DNA of 63,775 nucleotides, counting the filler, from Octopus bimaculoides (Eukaryota): the NCBI RefSeq assembly GCF_001194135.2. It is 6 parts of 6 records of this genome, joined end to end, with 100 filler letters (N's around TTAATTAATTAA, not from the genome) between each part and the next. Parts side by side here need not be neighbours in the genome. Positions count along the whole stretch, not along the records: positions 1 to 15,435 come from NC_068982.1; positions 15,536 to 30,289 come from NC_069000.1; 4 more parts are not named here. One strand, given 5' to 3'. Position numbers and translations under genes: made by a program. Below are positions 10,937 through 22,564 of the stretch, one piece after another. Every line of letters begins with the position of its first letter. The first letter of the stretch is position 1. The notes below the pieces were generated by a model, which was given only the letters and a program-made list of their open reading frames with translations, was not told the origin of the DNA and did no database searches.

Positions 10937-13900
10937 NNNNNNNNNNNNNNNNNNNNNNNNNNNNNNNNNNNNNNNNNNNNNNNNNNNNNNNNNNNNNNNN
11001 NNNNNNNNNNNNNNNNNNNNNNNNNNNNNNNNNNNNNNNNNNNNNNNNNNNNNNNNNNNNNNNNNNNNNNNNNNNNNNNNNNNNNNNNNNNNNNNNNNNN
11101 NNNNNNNNNNNNNNNNNNATACATATAAATAAATATATATTTTTTTTATGCGCCCTTTTAAAGCCTAGCCAGGTTCATGGGCCCAGTTTCCCGGTTTCTA
11201 TGGCGTATGTGTTCCTCCAGCTGGACGGGACGCCAGTCCATCGCAGCTTTACTCAAGAAACAGGAGGAAAGAGTGAGTGAAAGTTGGAGCGAAAGAGTAC
11301 ATATATATACGTATGCATATATATATAATATTATATAATATAATATAAGAATAAGTTTGTTAAAAATGTATATATTTGTGTGTGTGTTTTCGTTTATCCG
11401 TATCACTGCTCGACAACCGGTGTTTGTTTATTTACCTCGCCGTAAGCTAGCAGTTCGGCTAAAGAGTGTGTTAGAATAAGCACCACATTAACCAAAAAAA
11501 AAAATGATAAAAATAAAGTACTGGGGTCAATTCGCTGGACTAAAATCCTTGAGTGTGGTGCCCCAGAATGGCCGCAATCCAATGAGTGAAACAAGTAAAA
11601 GGTAAGACGGTAACTCAAGCCATTCGATCTACCTCAATCACTCAATACAGTTCAGTTCAAAAGTATTTATTGATATCTTATTCCAAACACAGCGAACCCT
11701 TCACCGATGTTATTTCCATTCAGAAGATCCCTCATAAGGAGATCGTGGTGCATAAGAGCACTCGTGGTTATATCGTTGACAGACGAGAAACGTCTTCCAC
11801 GACCGCCTGAACTGCCAGATCACGTGATTTCACCTTGCTTTGGATTTGTCAACGATCTAATTATGTGTGTATTTAGGCACCACGAGTCCTAATAGGAGAT
11901 CCTCTGGAAGGAAATAACGCAGTACTCTGTGTTCTAACACAACCTCGACGTTAAGTTGGAGATCAAGATTGCCTTTTGGTATTAATTTAATAAACTTTCG
12001 AAAAAAAACAAAACAAGTCCCCCCTATTCCCATTCAACACATAATTATCTCCCTTTCCTTGTATCTCATCCACTCCTCGCATTCTGAAGATTTCTTGCCG
12101 TTCCTACTGACGTTGTTGGTTTTGTTGTTGCTGTTGTGGTGGTGGTGGTCAGGGTGGAGGCAGTTGTGGTTATTCTTATAATTGGTGCGGTTGCTGCTTT
12201 CGTTGCTGTTGTTGTTGTTTAGCATTTGGTCAAGCCCCGACTAAGTAGCCCCATGATCAAAGGAATTCTAGCCATGACCATCCCGTCTTTCTCGTGGTTA
12301 TCTTAGAAGAACATTATGTAACATATACTTTACACATTTAAAACTATAGAATGTGATTTGATAAAATAAGACTGCTATTTCTAGCAGGTTAGATGATCAC
12401 TTAGACGCGACTTCATTTTGGTTCTCTAAGAACTAAAATATGGCTACTTTAAATTCTTGTGTCTAGAATCACACTAAATCAAAGAGATGTGAATTAAGGA
12501 ACGGCGCACGTGACACACAGACAGGCAGACTAGTCTCTACCCTCCTGGGACCATTAACTAATTAGAAACAAGTAAAAATCAAAATGTCGCTTGAGACGAA
12601 GCAGAAATTATTCTCACTCATAATAATAGTTTTGTTTCCTTGTTGTTGTAGGTGGTGGTGGTGGTGNNNNNNNNNNNNNNNNNNNNNNNNNNNNNNNNNN
12701 NNNNNNNNNNNNNNNNNNNNNNNNNNNNNNNNNNNNNNNNNNNNNNNNNNNNNNNNNNNNNNNNNNNNNNNNNNNNNNNNNNNNNNNNNNNNNNNNNNNN
12801 NNNNNNNNNNNNNNNNNNNNNNNNNNNNNNNNNNNNNNNNNNNNNNNNNNNNNNNNNNNNNNNNNNNNNNNNNNNNNNNNNNNNNNNNNNNNNNNNNNNN
12901 NNNNNNNNNNNNNNNNNNNNNNNNNNNNNNNNNNNNNNNNNNNNNNNNNNNNNNNNNNNNNNNNNNNNGGTGGTGGTGGTGGTGGTGGTGGTGGCGGTGG
13001 TAGTGGTGGTAGTGGTGGTGGTGGTGGCGTTTGTAGTGGGGATGATAGTAATGGTCTTGGTATTGGTTGTGGTAGTGATGGTGATGCTGGTTGTGGTGTT
13101 GATAATGGAGTAGTTTTGTTGGTAGTGCTGCTAACATTTAGTCTCATGTTAGCCCTAATGTTCTCCGATCAAAGACGCTCCATCCGTCCCACCCAGTATT
13201 TCCCTTCAGACATTGTCTATCGAATACTACACTCTGCAATGTGCTCTTCATTTTTTTCTCTCGCCTTTTGTTTTTAGCTGCTTTATCTAGCAGACCAAGC
13301 AGCTGTGTAGAATCTCCCTTCTTAGCTGATGACTGAGTGTAGTGTTGTTGTTTTCGGATTATGTAAACAACAACAACAGCACCAGTAGCAGCAGCAGCAA
13401 CAATGGGGCCAAAGACAACACCAACGGTGTGATATTAACCAGACGGTTGACATCTCGCTTAAAATTCCGTTTATCCCTATTATAGTTTAAGGGATGGGCT
13501 CTATCAAGGATTGTGGTTCTATAATCGAATTACAAAAGTTTAAGGAATTGTGAGAACGCATCTTGGCTAGGACAAAATAAGGAATCTTTATAATATTTTA
13601 GAAACTTTGAGAGATGTGAAGTAAATTATTTTTACGGTAGAACTCGAAGTAGATAAAGCTATGAATAATAATGTGTAGAATATCCGATTAAAACACCCGT
13701 TCTGGATAGAAAATTCGAAGGCTGCTTGTGGACTCCCCCCCCCCATCTTCTGTATACATGATTGACGTTCTACCGTTATACAAAAGTAACTTTTCGAATT
13801 TTCTTCCATTTTAAAATCGTTGTTCTTACCTGCGACAACTGTAAGATGTTTACATCATAATATTTTTGAAACTTTGAGAGATATAAAATGATTGATGTTT

Positions 13901-14389
13901 ATTGATGAAATCCGAAGGAGATAAAGCTATAAATATTAGCATGCAGAAATTTGGATGAAAAAACCCACTGTTAAATAATCTTCAGTCTTACAAACCCAGA
14001 GGTTATGATGCTTATATTCCTGATTTTGTCTTGGAGATAGGTTCAACTGAATTTAGAGCCCGTCGTTAGCTGTGGTCTCCAGTTTCTTTTCAGCCAAAGA
14101 ATTGTCCACCTTTTCTCTATGTGGTGCCAGATATAGAAACTAAGTCTCCCTCAAATTGTTCCTTACTAGCTTAGAAAAGCGGAAGGTCACGTCACACAAT
14201 GTAAGTTTTTATATACTAAATGACGTTTAGTGTTGACTGACGGAGGAAAGAGTACTCGATACCATAGTAGAGATTAACAGTATTTTCGTAAATAGGATTA
14301 TGAGCCTCCACCGAATATCGGCTGTAGAAAAGAAGGCATAAAAAGGCATAAAAAGTCCCGTAACAGGAAAATGAAGATTTGTATATCTA

Positions 14390-14590
14390 GTTGGAATTTA
14401 TAGAAAAACAAATAACGAAGACAGGTGTATGAACAACAAGCAGGTGTATTAGTTTGACACTCGGGGAAAATGAAAAAGTATTTTACGCTTTGAGCCTACG
14501 CTCTTCGGCAGAAAGGAATACAAGAAAAGAAACAGAGAGAGAATGAAAAAAAAAAACTGGTAGAGTTCAGCGGTCCAACATAGCGAATAT
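14390..14590 (-). mobile_element. ~200-bp non-autonomous repeat with a decayed hammerhead-like core
   Basis: Reverse complement aligns with 50270-50470; 23240-23285 matches the family 3' end. Contains cttt-ctgccga-a-gagc-gtag-gctc-aaagc-gta. Confidence 0.6.
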
Positions 14591-14595
14591 ATATA

Positions 14596-14831
14596 CAGGG
14601 TGGCCCAAAATAGGTTTACAGTTATTCAACAGTCTCTTTTGCATCCATATATTAACAGTTTAGATATTAATTATAAAAAAAAATATGAAGCCATTATTCT
14701 ATGCTAATTTAGTTAATTTTGTCAAGCTCCCTTTTCAGTTTGTTAGATAGAAATTTAAATGTAATAAAATCTTTTAAAGGAAATTTAAAGTACCTACATG
14801 ATAACTGTAAACCTACTTTTGGGCCACTCTG
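14596..14831. mobile_element. Tc1/mariner-type MITE
   Basis: ~31-bp TIRs (cagggtggcccaaaataggtttacagttat / ataactgtaaacctacttttgggccactctg), flanked by TA on both sides. Confidence 0.85.
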
Positions 14832-15169
14832 TATATATATATAATAAGGCAAAGAAATTCTTTAACATGTTTTTAATGATACATTACAATTTGTTTCTGC
14901 ACAAACTCTGCCTGCAACACCAGTTTACGGAAGAGTTCGAAGTGAAAATTTGCGTAATGTTTGCGGTTTAAAACATTAGAGTGACGCTTCTTCAGGCTTG
15001 CACCAAAGGTGCGCTTTCACATATTACGTCTTCCAAACATTGGTTTTTGGCTTATATCAGAAGACAAAAAAGCAAATAAAAGTGTGGTTATAGGAGGAGT
15101 AATCAGCAAAGAGATCGCGTGGGGATATCACGGTATGGACCAGACTATCGGATATTTTGTCATACATCA

Positions 15170-15420
15170 CTAGTGACAATGCGCTTCGCATTGTATTTAC
15201 TTTCGAATGATGAAAGCCCGCTGGCTAGGTGAACAGGCCAACAGCCCCTCAGACCGGAAGGTAACTCCGTTACAGGGTGACCCGTTTACGGCTGAGTAGA
15301 TTGGGGTAAGGTGAATTGAAGCGATTTGCTCAAGAGCATAACGGGTCGCTCGGTCCGGGAACGGAACCCGCAATCTAACGATCGGAAGTGCAATACCCTA
15401 ACCACAAGGCCACATGCCCC
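15170..15420 (-). mobile_element. tRNA-derived SINE, family F
   Basis: Reverse complement begins ggggcatgtggccttgtggttagggtattgcacttccgatcgttagattgcgggttcc; related to 35770-36050 and 62770-63060. Confidence 0.75.
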
Positions 15421-15435
15421 GTTACTGTATATATA

Positions 15436-15535
15436 NNNNNNNNNNNNNNNNNNNNNNNNNNNNNNNNNNNNNNNNNNNNTTAATTAATTAANNNNNNNNN
15501 NNNNNNNNNNNNNNNNNNNNNNNNNNNNNNNNNNN
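15436..15535. other. Synthetic scaffold linker N44-TTAATTAATTAA-N44
   Basis: 44 N + a 12-mer with stops in all six frames + 44 N; identical at five sites. Confidence 0.95.
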
Positions 15536-16019
15536 CTGCTGGTCTTCCATAAACAACTTTGCCCGAACTTGTGCCTTGGAGGGTAACTTTCTAGGTGCAA
15601 TCCCATTGTCAATAATGACCAGGGGGGGGGGGAAGGTCTTTACTCTTTATATATATTTGTGTGTGTGTAACACAGTATTGTGGTGCTGAGCAGACTATCA
15701 GATGTTGTTATACATCACTGGCCACAATATGCTTTCTTGCCTTGCTGAAGCTTTCAAATGATGCCCACCCCTACCTACTGGGTTCGCAAGTCAAGCATTC
15801 CCCCCAGAATGGAAGGCCAATCTGTTGCAAAATTAGCCATTTACAACTGAGTGGACAGGAGCAGCATGGAATGAAGGGTTTTGCTCAAGAATACAATGCT
15901 CCACTGGTCTAGGAATTGAAACCACAATCTTTCAATTATGAGTGCAATGCCCTAACTACTAGGCCATGCACCTTCACACACACACACACACATGTACATA
16001 TGTATGTGCGTGTGTGTAC

Positions 16020-16300
16020 TCTGCAGCAGAAGTGTTAAGACCGGTCTCTCTTTGCCACATAAAAGTGCTCATATGGGGCTATTTAAAAGTGCCCTGTGGT
16101 GCTACATAAAAGCATCCAGCGCACATTGTAAAGTGGTTGGCATTAGGAAGGACATCCAACTGTTGGAACCATGCCAAATCAGACTGGTGTCTGGTACAGT
16201 CCCCCAGCTTGCCAGCTCTGGTCAAACCATCTAACCCATGCCAGCATAGACAACAGAAGTTGAATGACGACAACGATGATTATAATAATGATGATGATGA
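16020..16300 (+). mobile_element. SINE family D (ggcattaggaaggacatcca tail), diverged
   Basis: Homologous to 63455-63775 and 27210-27360; ends in (GAT)n. Confidence 0.7.
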
Positions 16301-16369
16301 TGATGATGATGTATGTACATCCCTCACTAATAACTATATATATATGTATGTATGTATATCATCATCATT

Positions 16370-16730
16370 TACCATCTGCTGTCTATGCTGGCATGCTTAG
16401 GATGGTTTGGTAGGAGCCGGCAAGGCCAGGATCCACACCAGGTTCCATTGTCTGTTTTGGCATGGTTTTCTACAGCTGGAGGCCCTTTCTAATGCCAACC
16501 ATTTTACAGAGTGTACTGGGTCTTTTTTACATGGCACCAGCACCAGTACTTTTTACATGACACCATCACCAATGTGTTTCATGTGGCACCAGCACCAGCA
16601 CTTTTTATGTGGCACCATCACCAGTGCTTTTTATGTGGCACCATCACCAGTACTTTTTATGTGGCACCATCACCAATGTGTTTCATGTGGCACCAGCACT
16701 GGTGTGTTTTATGTGACACCAGCACCAGTG
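16370..16730 (-). mobile_element. SINE family D with an internal ~26-bp minisatellite expansion
   Basis: cagctggaggccctttctaatgccaacc followed by ~8 copies of ttttatgtggcaccatcaccagt. Confidence 0.75.
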
Positions 16731-17073
16731 CAGAATAACATGTTGAAACTGAATAAATAAACAGACAACGTACACATTGCAGCTCATGTCGAACGAGATA
16801 ACACACTCATACCGAGCGAATTGAAACCGTCAGCATTTGTTAGTTTCAAAGAAGAAGCCATGGATGTTGTAGCATGGAAATCTAGATTTACTTACGGAGA
16901 CAGCAACTGAGTATCGCCTGAGAAGATACATATAGATCTTCTTATACAGGTAAATCATTAAATAATTTGATTTGAACTTTAAATCCTGTATATACAGGGA
17001 TCTGTATGTATTGAAACATATGTAGGGATTAAAAAGCTGCCTAACCGTACTTACTCTTCCTTTTGACTCTTTT

Positions 17074-17147
<74 letters not shown>

Positions 17148-17469
17148 CAATATATATGCACATATGTACGACAGGCTTGCAAACAGTTTCCATCAGCCAA
17201 ATCTACTCACAAGGCTTTGATCAGCCTGGGGCTATAGCAGAAGACACGCACTGTGCCCTAGGTGTCTTGCAGTGATACAGAACCCAAAACCACATGGTTG
17301 CATGGTGAGTTTCTTAGCCACACAGCTACGTCTGTTCCTTATATGAATGGAAACATAATAGAAAGGAGATTTTTATCTGTCATCTTTACTGGGTTGATAG
17401 AAGGGAGTACCAGTAAAATACTGAGGTTAAATCACAACAAAATATATGGTCTTAGTATCAGTCAATAAG

Positions 17470-17730
17470 GTGCTGAGCTGGCAAAATCATTAGCATGCTG
17501 GGCAAAATCGTTAGCATGCTGGGCAAAATCGTTAGTACACCAGGCAAAATGCTTCGTGGCATTTATCCATCTTTACGTTCTGAGTTCAAATTCTGCCAGG
17601 CTCAACTATGCCTTTCGTCCTTGTGAGGTTCATAAAATAAATACCAGTTGGACACTGGGTCGCTGTAATTAACTTACCCCTCCCCCCACCTAAAACTGCT
17701 GGCCTTGTGCCAATATTTGAAACCAAATGT
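17470..17730 (+). mobile_element. SINE family B with a 21-bp head triplication
   Basis: ggcaaaatcgttagcatgctg three times (17480-17542), then the family B body. Confidence 0.75.
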
Positions 17731-18599
17731 GGAAATCAATGATATATTGACCCAGTTCGGTTGACTGCATTTCTCTCATACAAGTAATCTACGTATATCT
17801 GTGTATGTATGTGTGTGTTTGTATGTGTATGTTTGTGTGTGTGTGTGTGTGTGGTGAGGGACCACTGTTGCAAAATTTTTATTAAACCTTCCTTTATTCA
17901 TGTAGAAGGAGTATATTGCCATAGGGTGCATATAAACAAATGGGGAGAGAAAGAGAGAGAGAGACGAAGAGAGAGAGATGAAGAGACAGAGAAGAGAGAA
18001 AGGGAAGAGAGAGAGTGAGAGATCTTCTGAGGGCCGCCTGGTGGCACCGTCATCAACTAGGTTATTAGGTGATTATGTGGGTGGTTATTTGGATGGGTTA
18101 AACTTATTAAGATTAAGAATATTGTTTGGCACAGGTGCCTTGTATATTGTTATAAATGTATTTAACTTACTTTTCTTTATTTGTTGTTGTTAACATCACT
18201 GTTGTTGTCGTCATCGCCGTTATTATTGTTGTTGTTGAATTGTGTGCAAACAATATCAAGAAATGGAATAAGTCTTGTAAAGAAAATATGACTGAATAAA
18301 GTTTATGGTTAACTGGAGATTAGGGGCAAAAGGAGGAATAGAATGAATAAGTTAAATTAGCAAGTGTCTTTTATTCTGAAGATTACAAGAGCTTAACCTA
18401 TAAAATCAAAGAACACCTTCATAATTCTATAGGTTGTTCAAATAAATGATCGTGTTTTCCCCTCTCATAAACACTTTTCTTCGCTGCCTTGTAATACCGA
18501 ATACTTTTGTTATTGCTAAAAATATCTTGTATTTGTAATTCATCTTTTTATTAGGTTGGTGTGTCAGTGGATTTGTCAGAAAGTTTAACAAAATATAGG

Positions 18600-18995
18600 T
18601 GCAGGCATGGCTGTGTGGTTTAAGAAGCCCACTTTGCAACCATGTGGTTTCAGGTTCAGCCCTGCTGTGCAGCACCTTGGGCAAGTGTCTTCTGCTATAG
18701 CTCTCAGGTCGACCGATACCTTGTGAGTGGATTTGGTTGATGAAAACTGTGTGGAAGCCCATTATTTGTGCATGTGTGTGTTTATGTCTTTGTGCCTGTG
18801 TTTGTCCCTGTACCACTACTTGATAACCAGTGTTGGTTTGTTTATGTCTTCATAACCTAGCAGTTTGGCAAAAGAGACCAATAGAAACAAGTCCCAGGCT
18901 TAAAAATAAGTTTTAGGGGTCAATTTGCTCAACTAATTATAGAGCCTTTCAAGGCCCCAGCATGACCGCACTCCAGTGACGGAAACAAGTAAAAG
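18600..18995 (+). mobile_element. SINE family C, near full length, CpG-decayed
   Basis: gcaggcatggctgtgtggtttaagaagc...caccttgggcaagtgtcttctgctatag...ggccccagcatgaccgcactccagtgacggaaacaagtaaaag. Confidence 0.8.
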
Positions 18996-19437
18996 GTATA
19001 AGCTAAAATGCTTTCATAATATTTAGTTCTGGAAAGGTGGTGAGTTAGCAGAAATGTTAGCATGCTGAGTTCAAATTCCGACGAGGTTGACTTTGCCTTT
19101 CATCCTTTTGAAGATTTTTTTTATCTTTCACTTGTTTCAGTCATTGGATTGCAACCATGCTGGGGCATCGCCTTGAAGAACTTTTAATCGAACAAATTGA
19201 CCCCAGTACTATTTTTTTAAGCCTGTTACTTATTCTATCGGTTCTTTTGCCAAACTGCTAAGTTATGGGGACTTAAACAGACCAACATCAATTATNNNNN
19301 NNNNNNNNNNNNNNNNNNNNNNNNNNNNNNNNNNNNNNNNNNNNNNNNNNNNNNNNNNNNNNNNNNNNNNNNNNNNNNNNNNNNNNNTATAAATAATACA
19401 TACAATGGGCTTCTTTCAATTTCTGTCTACCCAAACA

Positions 19438-19483
<46 letters not shown>

Positions 19484-19849
19484 TATATAAATAATACATA
19501 CAATGGGCTTCTTTCAGTTTCTGTCTACGAAATCCACTCATAAGGCTTTGGTCAGCCTGAGGCTTTAACAGAAGAGACTTGCTCAAGTGGCACACGGTTG
19601 GGACTGAACATGGAACCATGTGGTTGGGAAGCAAGTGTCTTACCACACAACCACACCTGTGCCTACTGAAATAAATATTCCTAATTAAACCATAGAAAAA
19701 TCAGCCTTAACAAGATTTCTGTCCAACCCATGCCAACATGGAAAATTGGACATTAAAACAATGACGAGGATGATGAGACAACTGCTGCCATATAGTGGAA
19801 GGAATATAAGAATATATGACATACCTTTCTCAAAGAAACTAGTATCAGC

Positions 19850-19906
<57 letters not shown>

Positions 19907-20257
19907 TGGGATCATGTGCTGCAACAGCATGTCACTGCATCGACCATTTGTTGGTGATTGTTTACTCCTGACGGATGATGTCTCTGCACCACTCAGGTGA
20001 CAACCCCCCAATCCATGGGGGCTGTTTGGGTAGTTGTAGGTGGTGAGGGTTTTGCAAGGTCAAAGTGCAAATCTGACCTCAATCTCTTTTAGTCACCTTT
20101 TTATGAGATGCAGAGGAAGCATTGACTCTATTCTTTGACATGCCAGTCCCCTCACAGAACTAGAGCAAAGTGAAATGATAGGAGAGTATTGTAGTTTGCT
20201 TGAGCATTAAAAGAAAACCGTTGGAAAACATTTTATAGCAGAGACTCCAGCTAAGAA

Positions 20258-20293
20258 GATCTGATGAAGGAATTCTAATTCCGAAATATCATC
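20258..20293 (+). ncRNA. Minimal type-I hammerhead-ribozyme-like motif
   Basis: gat-CTGATGA-a-ggaat-tcta-attcc-GAAA-ta-TC-atc: intact core, 5-bp stem II, palindromic ATAT stem III, 3-bp stem I, predicted cut after 20290. A competing hairpin (tctgatga/tcatcaga) is possible. Confidence 0.55.
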
Positions 20294-21115
20294 AGACTAT
20301 AGATAACCAAATTACAACAGGTATATAGTCAATTTTTTTGTTTTATAGTGCATTGTTGTACCATTCTAAACTTTTTATTCTTTACAAAGTGAAATAAATT
20401 GTTCTGGCTCAAGAACTCAATATGCCACCAGTCTGGGACTCAAACCCATGGTCTGGAAACTGTGAGTGTGACACCCTGACCACTGGGCAACACAACAGTA
20501 TCAATGATTTCCCTCCCCTCCATTTTGCCATTATTGATTTTCTGCTGAATGGAACACTTCTGTAAGCTGTTACTGGATTAACTGTGTAGCTCCTCCCAGC
20601 TCCCTACACTGGACAATTGTAAATTGAATGAGGTGCTTCCATGGTTGTGTGGTCAGCTCTGACCATCAACACTTTGGTGGAATTTGAACTTATTTCTTGA
20701 CCATGGAAAGATGAACAAGAAAGCCAACCCTGGTAGTATTTCAACTAAGAAACTAAAGCAAGCAGTGTTAAGTCTTTTTTGTTAGGGTCACGATATGTTG
20801 GAAGTCCAATCAAGAGGTAGCTTTTAAGTGGTCGTTCAACTAGCTAGTAACAACAGTTAAATCACCCTCAAATCACATCTAAGAAACTAAAAAGAATCGA
20901 AGAAATTCAGCTAAGCATTTTGCTAGGTGCACTGGCAATTCTGCCAGCTCACTGCCTTAACCTAATGCAAATAATTGCTGCACAATTAATGCAGTGGGAC
21001 ATCAGGCAGAGTAATGGAGAAGAAGGATTTCATATGTAATAGATACATGAGAGTGGTTAGTAACATAAGCTGAAAAAGCTCATTAGAGGTAATTGTTACT
21101 TTCTGTTACCTAGGT

Positions 21116-21378
21116 CAGGGGTTTTCAAACTGTGGTCCGCGGACCACAGGGGGTCCGTAGACAGCAAATACTTTTTATGGGCAATTTGATTTTATATATG
21201 TTTTTTAATCGAAATCTTTTAATTGACAATAAACCTATTTGTTAAAAACTGTTAAATAAATAAATGTAAAAATATATGTTATTTTAAGCAAATATTTATG
21301 TATAAATTTCATAAGCGTTTATAAGGTAATGCCTGAAATATAAAGGGATCCGCAAGCCAAAAAGTTTGAAAGCCCCTG
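21116..21378. mobile_element. hAT (Charlie-like) MITE
   Basis: 16-bp TIRs (caggggttttcaaact / agtttgaaagcccctg) with a perfect 8-bp TSD ACCTAGGT at 21108-21115 and 21379-21386. Confidence 0.9.
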
Positions 21379-21394
21379 ACCTAGGTGACCTAAT

Positions 21395-21540
21395 CAGCAG
21401 TGGGGGTAGATGTTGCTGCCAGAGTAAGGAAAGGGTACAAAATGTTCAAGAAGAGTGTCACTTCTGTTAACAACAAAGGGTCTCTCTGTTTGAGTGGAGG
21501 GGAGGCTGTATTAATGTTTGTGTGTGAAGAGAGTGTTTTG
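21395..21540 (+). mobile_element. RTE-like LINE RT fragment, decayed
   Basis: Translation VDVAARVRKGYKMFK...NKGSL resembles the ARVR.GW.KFRELLPLL..KG.SL segment of RTE-clade ORFs. Confidence 0.5.
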
Positions 21541-21819
21541 TCTCCACTGGAAGCCTTACACTGTTTCAGTAGACTCTCCCCTTTTTTGATTGGTAGAATT
21601 CTCCAACTCCATTTCTCATCAGGCTCAGTAGAGACTCCTTCATTAGTCCTGTAGACACTCTCCTTATTGGTCCTGGGCCCCTATAGAGGCTCTCGTCATT
21701 GGACCCACAGAATCTCCTTTGTAGAGGCTCTCACCATTTGTAGAGATTTTCATTGTTGGTCTGGTAGAGGCACCCTTGATGATTCTACCAGATGACTCTA
21801 CCAGTCATCAAGGAGTCAT

Positions 21820-22023
21820 CAGTAGGCGAGCTGGCAGAAACGTTAGCACGCTGGGTGAAATGCTTAGCGGCATTTCGTCTGCCATTATGTTCTGAGTTCA
21901 AATTCCGCTGAGGTCAACTTTGCCTTTCATCCTTTCAGGGTCAATAAATTAAGTACCAGTTATGCACTGTCTGTCCTTGTTTGTCCCCCTCTGTGTTTAG
22001 CCCCTTGTGGGCAGTAAAGAAAT
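21820..22023 (+). mobile_element. SINE family B with a 10-bp TSD
   Basis: ggcgagctggcagaaacgttagcacg...gggcagtaaagaaat, flanked by AAGGAGTCAT at 21810-21819 and 22024-22033. Confidence 0.85.
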
Positions 22024-22238
22024 AAGGAGTCATTGGCAGAGAAGAGGCCTTCGTTGTTGGCCTGGTGGGGAACCCTTTACTGGCTCAGTATTATATAAGT
22101 GCAATCATTGGAACACATAAACAAAGCCAGTAAGTGTCACACTGACTAACTAGAACATTACATGCTCAGACACTTCAATGGTTGTAGAACAACAGGAGGC
22201 TAACTGGATATTTAACCCATTCTGCTTGAGTAACTCAC

Positions 22239-22258
22239 AATTTTCACTTCAGAGTAAA
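22239..22258 (-). CDS. Candidate 20-nt microexon (xYSEVKI), gene unidentified
   Basis: On minus: long U-rich tract ...tttgctttgttttattAG|tttactctgaagtgaaaatt|GTGAGT; only one frame is open. Confidence 0.35.
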
Positions 22259-22446
22259 CTAATAAAACAAAGCAAATAAAAACCAAAAAAAAAAAAGCTT
22301 GAATAAAGAGATGTAGCAGTGTTGGTGTGGGTGGGGTGGGGATTGTTTCACATTTATTTTTGTTGTGCTTCAAAACATGTGTTTGAGTTGGTTTATTGTT
22401 AGGACAATTGTCTTTATTTCTGGTTGTCCTTCCTACAAATAATCAC

Positions 22447-22564
22447 TCAGCCGTGAAGTAGGAGTGGAGCTTTCAGTTTTGGTGGTTGTGACTATTGCTG
22501 TTGTTGTCGCTGTTGCTGCTGCTGTTTTTGTTGTTATTTTCCCAGAGTTAAGCTTTTTCTTTGT
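22447..22564 (-). CDS. Candidate Thr-rich exon, gene unidentified
   Basis: gacctcAG|...TKKKLNSGKITTKTAAATATTTAIVTTTKTESSTPTSRL...|GTGATT; 118 nt, phase-compatible with the 22239-22258 microexon; the donor is weak. Confidence 0.25.

Noticed and set aside
13325-13360. CTGATGA as a hammerhead core (also at ~33169)
   Set aside because: No stem II or GAAA downstream.
16523-16730. CRISPR-like appearance of short repeats (also the triple repeat at 27651-27982)
   Set aside because: Eukaryotic context, no unique spacers, no cas genes; these are tandem or slippage repeats.
19824-20011. Minus-strand exon ending at a strong AAG|GTATGT donor
   Set aside because: The only long open frame reads through ~21 Tyr from (TAC)n and no acceptor could be fixed. 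Mentioned only as support for a minus-strand gene.
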